A stretch of DNA of 47,584 bases from Bacteroidales bacterium (GTDB lineage: Bacteria; Bacteroidota; Bacteroidia; Bacteroidales; UBA932), in NCBI GenBank assembly GCA_012511975.1, contig JAAZEZ010000069.1:1-47584 (forward strand), given 5' to 3'. The notes below the pieces were generated by a model that had not been told where the DNA came from, did no database searches, and was given only the letters and a program-made list of their open reading frames with translations. Numbering within the stretch: the stretch's first letter is position 1; every line of letters begins with the position of its first letter. Shown piece after piece: positions 8,621-17,840 of this stretch. A program made the translations under genes and the position numbers.

Positions 8621-10050
8621 ATGGTTGTACTAATTAAAATTGTCCAGGTGATTTTTGCGCTCTCCATTCTGGTGCTGGCGCACGAATTAGGACATTTTCT
8701 ATTCGCAAAACTTTTTAAAACCAGGGTTAACAAATTCTATCTCTTTTTTAACCCCTATTTCTCCATTATGCGCGCCAAGAAAATCGACGGCAAATGGAGG
8801 TTCAAATTTTTCTCGAGAAATCTTCCCACCTATGAGGGAAATAATAAAATAGATGTCAATACCCTACCTGAAGATGACTGGAGACGTCATCCCGAGAACA
8901 CGGAATATGGAATAGGGTGGCTTCCTCTCGGAGGCTATTGTGCTATCGCCGGAATGATTGACGAGTCTATGGACAAGGAGGCGATGAAGCTCCCTCCCCA
9001 ACCTTACGAGTTTCGCACAAAGCCCGCCTGGCAGAGGTTTTTCATAATGTTTGGCGGTGTGCTGTTCAACTTCATCCTTGCCGTCCTGCTCTACGGAGCC
9101 ATTATGAATGTATGGGGCGACGAATATCTACGTAATGAAGATGCTATTTACGGTATTGCAGTCAATGATCTTTCATACGAGATAGGATTTCGAAACGGGG
9201 ACAGGATTCTTGACTTTGACGGGGTCCCTACTGAAAACTTCGCTATGCTCCAAGTCGATATGGTTCGTTCTCAGGCAGAAAAAGCTAGGGTCCTCCGTGG
9301 CGAAGATACGTTGACCATCAGCATAGACCCGCAGTACATTGCTGCGATACTCAATACTCCCGGAATGTTTGACCTCGCCTTCCCCTTTGTGGTTGGCGGA
9401 TTCGCCGAAGGCTCCATCAATGCTGATTCCGGACTTGAAATAGGAGATGAAATCAAAGGTATTGACTCTATATCTATGTTCCTGGCGCAAGAGATACGCA
9501 AAGAGTTGGCAAATCACAAGGAGAGCTCGGTTTCCGCTACAGTTAGCAGAAACGGCGATTTGATCGATATACCCCTGCAGGTAGATTCGGCTGGTATGAT
9601 TCAGGTAATGCTGGATACCGACTTGACAAAATTCTTTACTATTACAATTCATGATTACAACTTTTTGACTGCCATTCCTGCAGGCTGCAAAAGGGCATGG
9701 AATAACGTAAGAAATTATGTCCAGGAGCTGGGGCTGCTAATCTCGCCTAAAACGAAGGCCTACAAGTCGGTGGGCAGTTTATAGCCATTGGCAAAATATT
9801 CCCCGGCAAATGGGACTGGTACAGGGTGTGGAACCTGACAGCAATGCTCTCCATCATGCTCGGAGTACTCAATCTGCTACCAATACCGGCATTGGACGGA
9901 GGCCATATTCTATTCCTTCTCATTGAGATCATCACCCGCCGTAAACCCAGTGACAAAGTGTTGGAAGTGGCTCAAACAATAGGTATGATCCTGCTGATCG
10001 CCCTTATGATACTCGCCTTTGGCAATGATATACGAGGATTATTCACATAA
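8621..10050 (+). pseudogene. rseP: RIP metalloprotease RseP, split by a 1-nt frameshift at ~9778-9780
   Basis: HELGH, GWLPLGGY and PDZ region in the first frame; IAIGKIFPGKWDW...NLLPIPALDGGH in the second. Adding one T to AGTTT restores ~476 aa. Confidence 0.9.
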
Positions 10051-10062
10051 TATTATATCACC

Positions 10063-11073
10063 ATGAAAACAAGAAACCTTACCACTTTGATTCTCTTTGT
10101 GATGGTGGCATTAGCCCTCACCGCACTCCAGTCTTGTGGAGAGCAATACGGAAAAGCACTTCCCCCGGCAAGCGGTAAGGCCGGAGAAATCGCTGTCATA
10201 TCTCCCAGGTCTCATTGGGAAGCCGAACCGGGCACCACCATAAGAAGCTTCCTTGCTGCCGAATTTGCCCATCTTCCACAGAAAGAGCCTACCTACACCC
10301 TTTTCAATGTGCCTCCCAAGTCATTCAACAAGGTATTCCAGGTGCACCGCAACCTCCTCAACATTGTCATTTCCGACACGGTCTCTAATAATCGTATCGG
10401 GGTAAGCCGCGATGTCTGGGCCAAATCGCAAATTATGATCTCCGTCTATGCCAAAGATGAAGAAAGCTCAGCAAAACTGATAAGCGAAAATGCCGATAAA
10501 CTTCTCTCTTATTATGAGAATGCAGAGCGTGACCGCGTTATCCAAAATGCGAAAAACCACGCAAATCCTACTCTGAAGAAATATGTCACTACTTTGATAG
10601 GTGGCTCTCCCTATTTTCCGAGGGATTACACGGAAAAGATGCATACGAACAACTTTATCTGGATCTCTTACGAAACATCCTACACCAATCAGGGAATATT
10701 TCTATATACATTCCCCTATCAGGGTGAATGGCAGCTAACTCCGGAATATCTCGTAGCCAGAAGAGATGAATTTCTCAAGGAAAATGTACCCGCTACTTCA
10801 GAAAACAGCTATATGATTACCCATCCTACAGCTAAACCGGGCTTTGTCGTAAAGGAATACAACGATCTTCAATTTATCGAAATGAGGGGGCTCTGGGATA
10901 CCCATAATGATTTCATGGGCGGTCCATTTGTTTCCCATACCTATGTTTCTCCCGACAATAAGTATGTAGTGGTGATAGAGGGATTTGTATATGCTCCCAA
11001 ATATGAAAAACGCAACTATCTGCGCCAAGTGGAATATATCATTTCCTCTTTCGAGTGGGGCAAAGAGGAGTAA
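10063..11073 (+). CDS. DUF4837-like lipoprotein
   Basis: Lipobox LQSC; RGLW...MGGPFVS and EGFVYAP..KR motifs typical of this Bacteroidetes family. Confidence 0.75.
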   Translation: MKTRNLTTLILFVMVALALTALQSCGEQYGKALPPASGKAGEIAVISPRSHWEAEPGTTIRSFLAAEFAHLPQKEPTYTLFNVPPKSFNKVFQVHRNLLNIVISDTVSNNRIGVSRDVWAKSQIMISVYAKDEESSAKLISENADKLLSYYENAERDRVIQNAKNHANPTLKKYVTTLIGGSPYFPRDYTEKMHTNNFIWISYETSYTNQGIFLYTFPYQGEWQLTPEYLVARRDEFLKENVPATSENSYMITHPTAKPGFVVKEYNDLQFIEMRGLWDTHNDFMGGPFVSHTYVSPDNKYVVVIEGFVYAPKYEKRNYLRQVEYIISSFEWGKEE

Positions 11074-11109
11074 TTATTGGAGAAAATTTGCAATCGTAAA
11101 AATTCTTTA

Positions 11110-11117
11110 TATCTTTG
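11110..11117 (+). promoter_or_regulatory. Promoter -7 element (TATCTTTG) for tRNA-Glu/rpsT, with a TTTG -33 element at ~11087-11090
   Basis: Both Bacteroidetes consensus elements are present at plausible spacing. Confidence 0.65.
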
Positions 11118-11148
11118 CACTCCCCAAAAAATAGAAAAAGCGAGCCAT

Positions 11149-11223
11149 GGTGGGTTCGTCTAACGGCTAGGACTCAAGATTTTCATTCTTGCAATAGGGG
11201 TTCGATTCCCCTACCCACTACCA
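11149..11223 (+). tRNA. tRNA-Glu(TTC)
   Basis: Acceptor GGTGGGT/ACCCACT, anticodon arm CAAGA-TTTTCAT-TCTTG, T-arm AGGGG-TTCGATT-CCCCT and an encoded CCA end. Confidence 0.96.
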
Positions 11224-11245
11224 CAAAAAATAAAAAATTATAATA

Positions 11246-11500
11246 ATGGCAAACCACGCATCAGCAGAAAAGCGTTACCGTCAAAGCGAGAAACGCAGAT
11301 TGCATAACAGGTATTATGCAAGAACCACAAGAAACGCCATCAAGGCAATTCGCAACACAACCGACAAAGCAGCAGCAGAGGCTTCATTGCCCAAGGTGTT
11401 TGCGATGATTGACAAACTGGCCAAGACCAATGTTATTCACAAGAACAAAGCAGCCAATCTCAAGAGCGGCATTGCGATTTATGTGAACAAGCTTTCATAA
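11246..11500 (+). CDS. rpsT: 30S ribosomal protein S20
   Basis: [13 protein letters not shown]...[12 protein letters not shown]. Confidence 0.98.
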   Translation: MANHASAEKRYRQSEKRRLHNRYYARTTRNAIKAIRNTTDKAAAEASLPKVFAMIDKLAKTNVIHKNKAANLKSGIAIYVNKLS

Positions 11501-11523
11501 AGGTCTTTTTGAGATAAAAAATG

Positions 11524-11551
11524 AAAACCTTTCCGGCGGAAAGGTTTTTTT
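11524..11551 (+). terminator. Intrinsic terminator after rpsT
   Basis: AAAACCTTTCC-GGC-GGAAAGGTTTT followed by a T tract. Confidence 0.88.
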
Positions 11552-11744
11552 ATGCCCAAAAACTTCATTTCCTCCCTGCCAAAAGCCCTTTATCCTACCG
11601 TCTCCGGCAGCTAAAATGCAATGCAACTATGTGGGTCTGAGATGTTTGATGGCATTTTTTTTGCTTATTATTATTGCAAAGTAATAACAACCTTTATCTC
11701 ACAAACATCACAATTAAATTAATTACTTTTAAACAATTGATGCC

Positions 11745-12284
11745 ATGAAAACTCGATTGATATTTGCAATGGCTCTTATTATGATGGGAACCATTTCTTG
11801 TGAGAAAATAGGTGTCGGAAGTTGGGATGTGCAGGAGAATACCTACCAAGATTTAGTATTTCCAAAGGAAGCCACTCTTACTTTTGTTTCTGAAAAAGAG
11901 GGTAAGTTGAATCTGTTATTGACTTTCGGGGTCGAAGTAGATTTTGATAAAAGAGGAGATCGTTGCAGGGCCAATGTAAGCTTTAACCTCAGAGACGCAC
12001 CTTATAAGGTCAATGGGAAAAGATTACGCATTTGTGCCGATAAACTACACGGATGTGTAACCTACACAGAATCTTATTACGGGTTTACCCATGGAAATCT
12101 TGAGACGATTTGCGGCACCTATTCAGGTGACATTAAGCTCACCAGGACTTCTTACACCAACAGTTCCGCTTTCTCTCCCACCGACCGGCTGAGCGGAAAA
12201 TGGACTATCCGCTTTGAAAGTGATAGCGGAGAAAAACTCCTGTTTGAAGTCGTAGACCCCAACCTGAGAGCGCCCGATTTGTAA
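11745..12284 (+). CDS. Hypothetical lipoprotein
   Basis: 179-aa ORF with signal peptide II (MKTRLIFAMALIMMGTISC); beta-rich; no family recognised. Confidence 0.7.
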   Translation: MKTRLIFAMALIMMGTISCEKIGVGSWDVQENTYQDLVFPKEATLTFVSEKEGKLNLLLTFGVEVDFDKRGDRCRANVSFNLRDAPYKVNGKRLRICADKLHGCVTYTESYYGFTHGNLETICGTYSGDIKLTRTSYTNSSAFSPTDRLSGKWTIRFESDSGEKLLFEVVDPNLRAPDL

Positions 12285-12325
12285 AATAGGCTCTATAAAT
12301 TGTCTTTTTGACATAACGAATAAAG

Positions 12326-12356
12326 AAAACTTTCCAATCTTTGGAAAGTTTTTTTT
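12326..12356 (+). terminator. Intrinsic terminator between the lipoprotein gene and radC
   Basis: AAAACTTTCCAA-TCT-TTGGAAAGTTTT followed by a T tract. Confidence 0.75.
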
Positions 12357-12376
12357 ATATCGTTAAGGAGCAATTT

Positions 12377-13057
12377 ATGACAAAGAACATCAAATTATTG
12401 CATGCAGAAGAGAGACCACGTGAGAAATTGATGTCCAAAGGGGCTTCTGCCCTCACCTGTGCGGAGCTGATCGCAATCCTGCTGAGATCCGGTCACGCAA
12501 ACCTCAACGCAATCGATCTCTCGAGAGAGATTCTCCTGAAGGCGGGAAACAGCCTCAACATACTCTCGACTTTTACGGCACATCAACTGATGAGAATCAA
12601 CGGAGTAGGTCAGGCCAAGGCTCTCTCAATCCTTGCAGCATTCGAACTCGGGAGAAGAATGGCCGCCGAGATTCCCGAACCGATGCCGCAGATCCACAGC
12701 TCAATTCAGGTAAACGGCATAATGTCGCCCATCATCAGCAATCTCCCCCACGAAGAGTGCTGGGTGCTATACCTCAACCGTTCCAACCGTCTCATAGGCA
12801 AGGAACGAGTCAGCCAGGGCGGTATCAGTTCCACCATATTTGATATCAGAATCATCGTCAAAAAGGCCGTGGAACATCTTGCTACGGGTATAATACTGGT
12901 ACACAACCACCCTTCCGGCAATCCCAGACCGAGTGGTGAAGATATGCGTCAGACCGAAGCCCTGCGTGATGCTGCCGCTTTGTTCGATATTTCTCTTACC
13001 GACCACATTATTATTTCGAAAAACAAATTTTATAGTTTTTCCGACGAAAATTTGTAA
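12377..13057 (+). CDS. radC: RadC family JAB-domain protein
   Basis: ERPREKL, ELIAILL, HhH motif GVGQAKA, EECWVLYL and HNHPSG...DH; ATG at 12377 follows AAGGAG. Confidence 0.95.
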   Translation: MTKNIKLLHAEERPREKLMSKGASALTCAELIAILLRSGHANLNAIDLSREILLKAGNSLNILSTFTAHQLMRINGVGQAKALSILAAFELGRRMAAEIPEPMPQIHSSIQVNGIMSPIISNLPHEECWVLYLNRSNRLIGKERVSQGGISSTIFDIRIIVKKAVEHLATGIILVHNHPSGNPRPSGEDMRQTEALRDAAALFDISLTDHIIISKNKFYSFSDENL

Positions 13058-13093
13058 CTTAGTAGTCGAGTATAAACAAAACGACCACAGCAT

Positions 13094-13747
13094 ATGAAAA
13101 TCATTAACCTAAGCGAAAAAAACTCCCTCCTCAACCGCTATATTGCGGAACTCAGGGACGTAGTTATTCAGAAAGAGAGTATGCGTTTCCGCAGAAATCT
13201 TGAAAGGATCGGTGAAATCTTTGCTTACGAGATCAGTAAAACCCTCACCTATTCACGCAAAGAGGTGGAAACCCCTCTGGGAATAGCCAATTGCAACCTC
13301 TCAGATGACAAGATAGTGCTCAGTACCATTTTAAGGGCAGGACTTCCGCTGCATCAAGGCCTTCTCAACTATTTTGACAAAGCTGAAAACTCCTTTATCG
13401 CAGCATATCGAAAGTACGGCAAGGACAACAAATTCACCATCCAACTCGAATATGCCAGCACTCCGTCTGTAGAGAATAAGATCGTGATCATTTCCGACCC
13501 TATGCTTGCTACCGGCGCATCTGCTGTACTGGCTTATGACAGACTATTAGAGAGCGGTACTCCGATACACACGCATTTCGTATGTCCTGTCGCGTCAAAA
13601 TACGGTATCGACTACCTCTCCAAGAATCTTCCCCACAAAAAGACGACCTTCTGGACGGCAGCCATAGACGAAGAACTTACCAACAAATCCTACATTGTTC
13701 CCGGACTGGGTGATGCGGGTGACCTCGCTTACGGCGATAAGATCTGA
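13094..13747 (+). CDS. upp: Uracil phosphoribosyltransferase
   Basis: ILRAGL, DPMLATG and YIVPGLGDAGD motifs. Confidence 0.96.
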   Translation: MKIINLSEKNSLLNRYIAELRDVVIQKESMRFRRNLERIGEIFAYEISKTLTYSRKEVETPLGIANCNLSDDKIVLSTILRAGLPLHQGLLNYFDKAENSFIAAYRKYGKDNKFTIQLEYASTPSVENKIVIISDPMLATGASAVLAYDRLLESGTPIHTHFVCPVASKYGIDYLSKNLPHKKTTFWTAAIDEELTNKSYIVPGLGDAGDLAYGDKI

Positions 13748-13756
13748 AAGATCTGA

Positions 13757-15343
13757 CTATTTAAATACCAATTCTCCTTCCACATAGGTGCGGAGAACTC
13801 TTGTGGAGAGGATTTCCCGTTCACTGACAGTCATGATGTCTTTGTCAGTGATGATGAAGTCTGCATATTTTCCGGGCTCGATACTGCCCTTTACATCCTC
13901 CTCAAAAGAGACTTTTGCCGCCCAACAGGTCATTGAGCGCAAGGCTTCTTCTCTTATTAAGGCTTCATCCATGCGGTATCCATCTTCGGGAAGAAAATCG
14001 AGATTTTTGCGAAATACCGCCGCATAAAATGTCTTTATGGGACTGATGTCTTCCACCGGAAAATCGGTACCGGTAGGAATCCATCCGAGTTGATCCATTA
14101 ATTGTTTGAAATTGTATGCGTGTTCAATCCTGTCGCCCAGACGTTCTTCTGCCCAGAACATATCTGAAGTGCAGTGTGTCGGCTGAACGGAGGGTATGAT
14201 TGAGAATTTACCAAATTTGTCCATATCTGCAGGGTTGATCACCTGAGCATGTTCGATACGCCATCTGCGGTCGTTCTCCCCCTTGAGGACTTCACCGTAC
14301 ATATCGAGTGCATAACGGTTGGCAGCATCACCGATAGCATGGGTGGCCACTTGGAATCCATGCTCGTCAGCCCACTGAAGGTAGGCGCGGAAAGCAGCGT
14401 CGTCAGTAACGTGAATGCCACGTGTTTTGGGTGCGTCAGAATAAGGTTTTAACAACAGTGCACCTCGGGAGCCAAGAGCTCCGTCCTGAAAGAGTTTGAT
14501 ACCTGCGATGCGCAAACGGTCGTTGCGATAGGTAGAGGTAAAGTGTTCCATATTGGCTTTCGAGGCCGAGAGATATGCGTCTATACGCAATTTGATTTGG
14601 CCACTTGTGGAGAGTAAGTCATATATCAGGAGATTTCTGAGCGACTCACCCATGGATGAGACGGAGGTCAGACCTGCAGTAAAGCACTTTTCCTGTGCCG
14701 TAAGTATGATAGTAGCCAGTTCCTGGGGAGTATATTCAGGTGTAATATTTCCCAGCGGAGCTGCGGCATCCTCCATAAATAGGCCTGTACCGTTGTCCTT
14801 CATCCCTGCGAGGTTAATGGCAGCCTTGTTGGCAACAGTAGCATGATAGTCCACTCTATTGATAATTACAGGAGTATTGGGAAAAGCCTCGTTGAGACGA
14901 TGGTAAGTAGGCATCGAATTGTCGTCCGTCCATAGATTCTGATCCCATCCTTCGCCTATTATACAGGTCGTATTGCCATCCTGCTGTGCTTTTTTTAGGC
15001 GTTCAATAACTTCTGCGTAGGAAGTGGCACCTCTGAGGTTAACGTTTAGCAGCCCCCTGCCATACGAAGTAAGATGGCCGTGGCAGTCATTAAAGCCCGG
15101 ATAAATGGTAACGGTAGTACCCCTTAAGTCAAGTACATTGTCTGACTTGTAGTCCGCCTTGATATATCTTGTGGAGCCTACAGCTACAAATTTTCCGTCA
15201 TTGACGGCAAATGCCTGCGCTTTGGAAAAATCCTCATTTACAGTGTAGATGTTGGCGTTTATTACAATCATATCAACCTGCTTTTTATGGCCACACCCGG
15301 CAGCAACAAGGCAGATGAAAAGAGGGAGGATTATACGTTTCAT
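13757..15343 (-). CDS. Amidohydrolase 3 (YtcJ-like) lipoprotein
   Basis: Lipobox AAGC; PGFNDCHGH, DGALGSRGA, HAIGD, RIEHAQ, GTDFPVE and GSIEPGKYADF motifs. Confidence 0.9.
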   Translation of the reverse strand: MKRIILPLFICLVAAGCGHKKQVDMIVINANIYTVNEDFSKAQAFAVNDGKFVAVGSTRYIKADYKSDNVLDLRGTTVTIYPGFNDCHGHLTSYGRGLLNVNLRGATSYAEVIERLKKAQQDGNTTCIIGEGWDQNLWTDDNSMPTYHRLNEAFPNTPVIINRVDYHATVANKAAINLAGMKDNGTGLFMEDAAAPLGNITPEYTPQELATIILTAQEKCFTAGLTSVSSMGESLRNLLIYDLLSTSGQIKLRIDAYLSASKANMEHFTSTYRNDRLRIAGIKLFQDGALGSRGALLLKPYSDAPKTRGIHVTDDAAFRAYLQWADEHGFQVATHAIGDAANRYALDMYGEVLKGENDRRWRIEHAQVINPADMDKFGKFSIIPSVQPTHCTSDMFWAEERLGDRIEHAYNFKQLMDQLGWIPTGTDFPVEDISPIKTFYAAVFRKNLDFLPEDGYRMDEALIREEALRSMTCWAAKVSFEEDVKGSIEPGKYADFIITDKDIMTVSEREILSTRVLRTYVEGELVFK

Positions 15344-15354
15344 ATGGTTGATTT

Positions 15355-16731
15355 TTAAGAAATTACTTCACAAATCAGAGTGGCTGAGGTGCAGGAGAGC
15401 ACCTTTACTCTGACAAAGTCACCGGCTTTATGGCCGGCAGCGGGGAATACACAAGTCTTATTCTGGGAGGTACGACCCATCAGTTCCTCTTCGGAACGTT
15501 TGGAGGTTCCTTCTACCAGCACCTTGTACTCACATCCTACGGTATACCGGTTATTTTGCAAGGAAATCTCATTCTGCAGAGCTATTATCCGGTTGAGACG
15601 CTCAGTCTTAACCTCCTGTGGAACATCGTCCTTAAATTGTCTTGCAGCTCTTGTGCCGGGTCTTTCGGAGTATTGGAACATAAATGCACCATCAAACTGT
15701 ACCTCTTCCAAGAGGGAGAGAGTTTCAAGATGGTCCTGATCGGTCTCGGAGCAGAATCCCGCTATCACATCGGTTGTGATGGCGCAATCCGGAAGTATTT
15801 CGCGAATCTTATCTATACGCTCCAGATAACTCTCACGAGTATACTTACGATTCATCTTCTCCAGCACAGAGTTGCTGCCCGATTGTACGGGAAGATGGAT
15901 ATGCTTGCAGATATTGTCATACATCGCCATAGTGTAGAGCACACTGTTGCCCATATCTTTAGGGTGCGAAGTGGAGAAGCGTACCCTTACTTTACGATCT
16001 ATCAGTGCCACCTGCTCCAGCAAACGCGCAAAGTTGACCTGGCGGGAGGGGTTGTGAGGGTCCAGCCAAAGGTAGGAATCGACATTCTGTCCGAGGAGGT
16101 TTATTTCCTTGTAGCCATTGGCAATTAGAGATTCTGCCTCTCTGACGATACTCTGAGGATCGCGACTACGTTCTGCCCCACGCACATAAGGGACTATGCA
16201 GTAAGAGCAAACATTGTTGCAACCTCTCATAATCGAGATGAATGCAGTTACACCGTTTCGGTCCATCCGCACCGGCGATATATCAGAATAGGTCTCTTCA
16301 TGAGAAAGATGTACATTGATTTGTCCAGTACCCGCTTTTGCTTCCTCCACAAGACGGGGGAGTTCACGGTATGCATCCGGACCGGCAACCACATCCACCA
16401 CCGGATATTCAAACAACTGATCCTTAAGACGTTCTGCCATGCACCCGATAACCCCTACCACAACATCCGGACGGCGCTTCTTTTCCAGACGAAACAGGTC
16501 AAGGCGTCCGAAAACCCTCTGCTCGGCATTTTCCCTGACGGAACAGGTGTTAACAAGGATCACATCGGCATCCTCCATCTTCTCGCAGAGTGAATAACCG
16601 GCATCCTGCATCACGGAGAGCACTACCTCGCTATCGTTGACATTCATCTGACAACCATACGTTTCGATGTACAACTGTGGCTTGTTAGGATCAAGTATCG
16701 GTTTGACGGAATGGAATTTGTTATCTCTCAT
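15355..16731 (-). CDS. miaB: tRNA methylthiotransferase MiaB
   Basis: TYGCQMN, NTCSVRE, radical-SAM CNNVCSYC and a C-terminal TRAM domain. Confidence 0.97.
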   Translation of the reverse strand: MRDNKFHSVKPILDPNKPQLYIETYGCQMNVNDSEVVLSVMQDAGYSLCEKMEDADVILVNTCSVRENAEQRVFGRLDLFRLEKKRRPDVVVGVIGCMAERLKDQLFEYPVVDVVAGPDAYRELPRLVEEAKAGTGQINVHLSHEETYSDISPVRMDRNGVTAFISIMRGCNNVCSYCIVPYVRGAERSRDPQSIVREAESLIANGYKEINLLGQNVDSYLWLDPHNPSRQVNFARLLEQVALIDRKVRVRFSTSHPKDMGNSVLYTMAMYDNICKHIHLPVQSGSNSVLEKMNRKYTRESYLERIDKIREILPDCAITTDVIAGFCSETDQDHLETLSLLEEVQFDGAFMFQYSERPGTRAARQFKDDVPQEVKTERLNRIIALQNEISLQNNRYTVGCEYKVLVEGTSKRSEEELMGRTSQNKTCVFPAAGHKAGDFVRVKVLSCTSATLICEVIS

Positions 16732-16732
16732 A

Positions 16733-16763
16733 TCGCAAAGATAAGTTTTTTATATCTTTGCGA
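16733..16763. promoter_or_regulatory. Back-to-back TATCTTTG -7 elements forming an 11-bp inverted repeat (divergent promoters for miaB and the LEA2 lipoprotein)
   Basis: TCGCAAAGATA-N9-TATCTTTGCGA. Confidence 0.65.
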
Positions 16764-16779
16764 AAACAAAAAGGCTGAT

Positions 16780-17298
16780 ATGAGATACAAATCATTGCGC
16801 AACATCCTGCTTTTACTCTCAATATTGCTGCTGATTGGCGGCTGCCAGAACTACAAGAAGCTTCAGTTCCAATCCTACGCTATAGAAAAAATCGACAACA
16901 TATCATTTGGAAAAGGGAGTGTCTGCGCTACTCTCACTCTCAATGTGGGCGTTGCCAACCCCACCTCTACCACCTTTACCGCAAAGGACCTTGAGGCCAC
17001 CATTTATAGCGGCAACGGCGATCCTTTCGCAATTCTGACCTCCGACGAGAAGATGGTCATCCCTCCCAACAGTGAAGACTCCTTAAAGTGGAAGATCAAT
17101 ACGGAACTGCTCAATCCCCTCTCCGTTCTTGCAGCGGGTGGTTTTTCGATGGAAAATCTAGACGTTGAAAATATGACGGTGGACTACAGTATAGTATTTT
17201 CCGGCGGAATCAGAAAAAGATTCTCCGGCAAAGGAGTAGTACTCGGTGACCTGATCCGCGCTTTCAAATCCACTTTACCTGACTCACAATCCCAATGA
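16780..17298 (+). CDS. Lipoprotein, LEA type 2/WHy-like
   Basis: ATG at 16780; lipobox IGGC; LNVGVANP beta-strand pattern. Confidence 0.65.
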   Translation: MRYKSLRNILLLLSILLLIGGCQNYKKLQFQSYAIEKIDNISFGKGSVCATLTLNVGVANPTSTTFTAKDLEATIYSGNGDPFAILTSDEKMVIPPNSEDSLKWKINTELLNPLSVLAAGGFSMENLDVENMTVDYSIVFSGGIRKRFSGKGVVLGDLIRAFKSTLPDSQSQ

Positions 17299-17840
17299 AA
17301 ATCCTTATGAAAAGAATACTTTCCACACTCGCAATCCTACTTTGCATACCATTGAGCAATCTTCCGGCGCAGAATCGGTTCATCCCGCAAGACACGACTA
17401 TCAATGTCAGCACGGAAGTGGAGGGTGACACTCTGCTTGCAGGCAGACAGATATTCTCGCTGCTCAGTGAATCATTCTCCGGCGGCGGTACGGTCATCGT
17501 GAGACAATCCGGTACCCTACGCAATGCTCTTCTTAGCCATATAAACAGCAACTCAGAGCGTGTAATTATCGGTTATCGTATAAGAATCTATTTTGACAAC
17601 AGCCAGAACGCCAGAGTGCGCTCTGAAGCTATCGCCAACCAGTTTGTAAGAGAGTATCCCCACATAAAGGCCTATCTCAGCCATGTCAATCCCTACTTCA
17701 AGGTGACTGTTGGCGACTTCCGCACCAAATACGAGGCGCAGCAGTTTGCAAGTCAAATAAGTAGCAGATACCCTTCTGTGTTTATTGTAAGAGAGCAAAT
17801 AGGATATCCTATCGTCTCCACCAGCGGTACTTCCCTTTGA
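17295..17840 (+). CDS. SPOR-domain periplasmic protein
   Basis: Signal peptide; GYRIRIY and PYFKVTVGDFRTKYEA motifs. Confidence 0.85.
   Translation: MKILMKRILSTLAILLCIPLSNLPAQNRFIPQDTTINVSTEVEGDTLLAGRQIFSLLSESFSGGGTVIVRQSGTLRNALLSHINSNSERVIIGYRIRIYFDNSQNARVRSEAIANQFVREYPHIKAYLSHVNPYFKVTVGDFRTKYEAQQFASQISSRYPSVFIVREQIGYPIVSTSGTSL

Noticed and set aside
11149..11223. tRNA-Glu as an integration site
   Set aside because: No duplicated tRNA 3' end or integrase is seen in the window, and rpsT follows directly.
12377..13057. radC or umuDC as markers of an ICE or prophage
   Set aside because: radC is the full-length chromosomal form, both sit among housekeeping genes with host-like composition, and there are no conjugation or phage genes.
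17809..17840. 32-nt convergent overlap of the SPOR and GNAT genes
   Set aside because: Short tail-to-tail overlaps are common in this compact region and the SPOR domain ends before the overlap.
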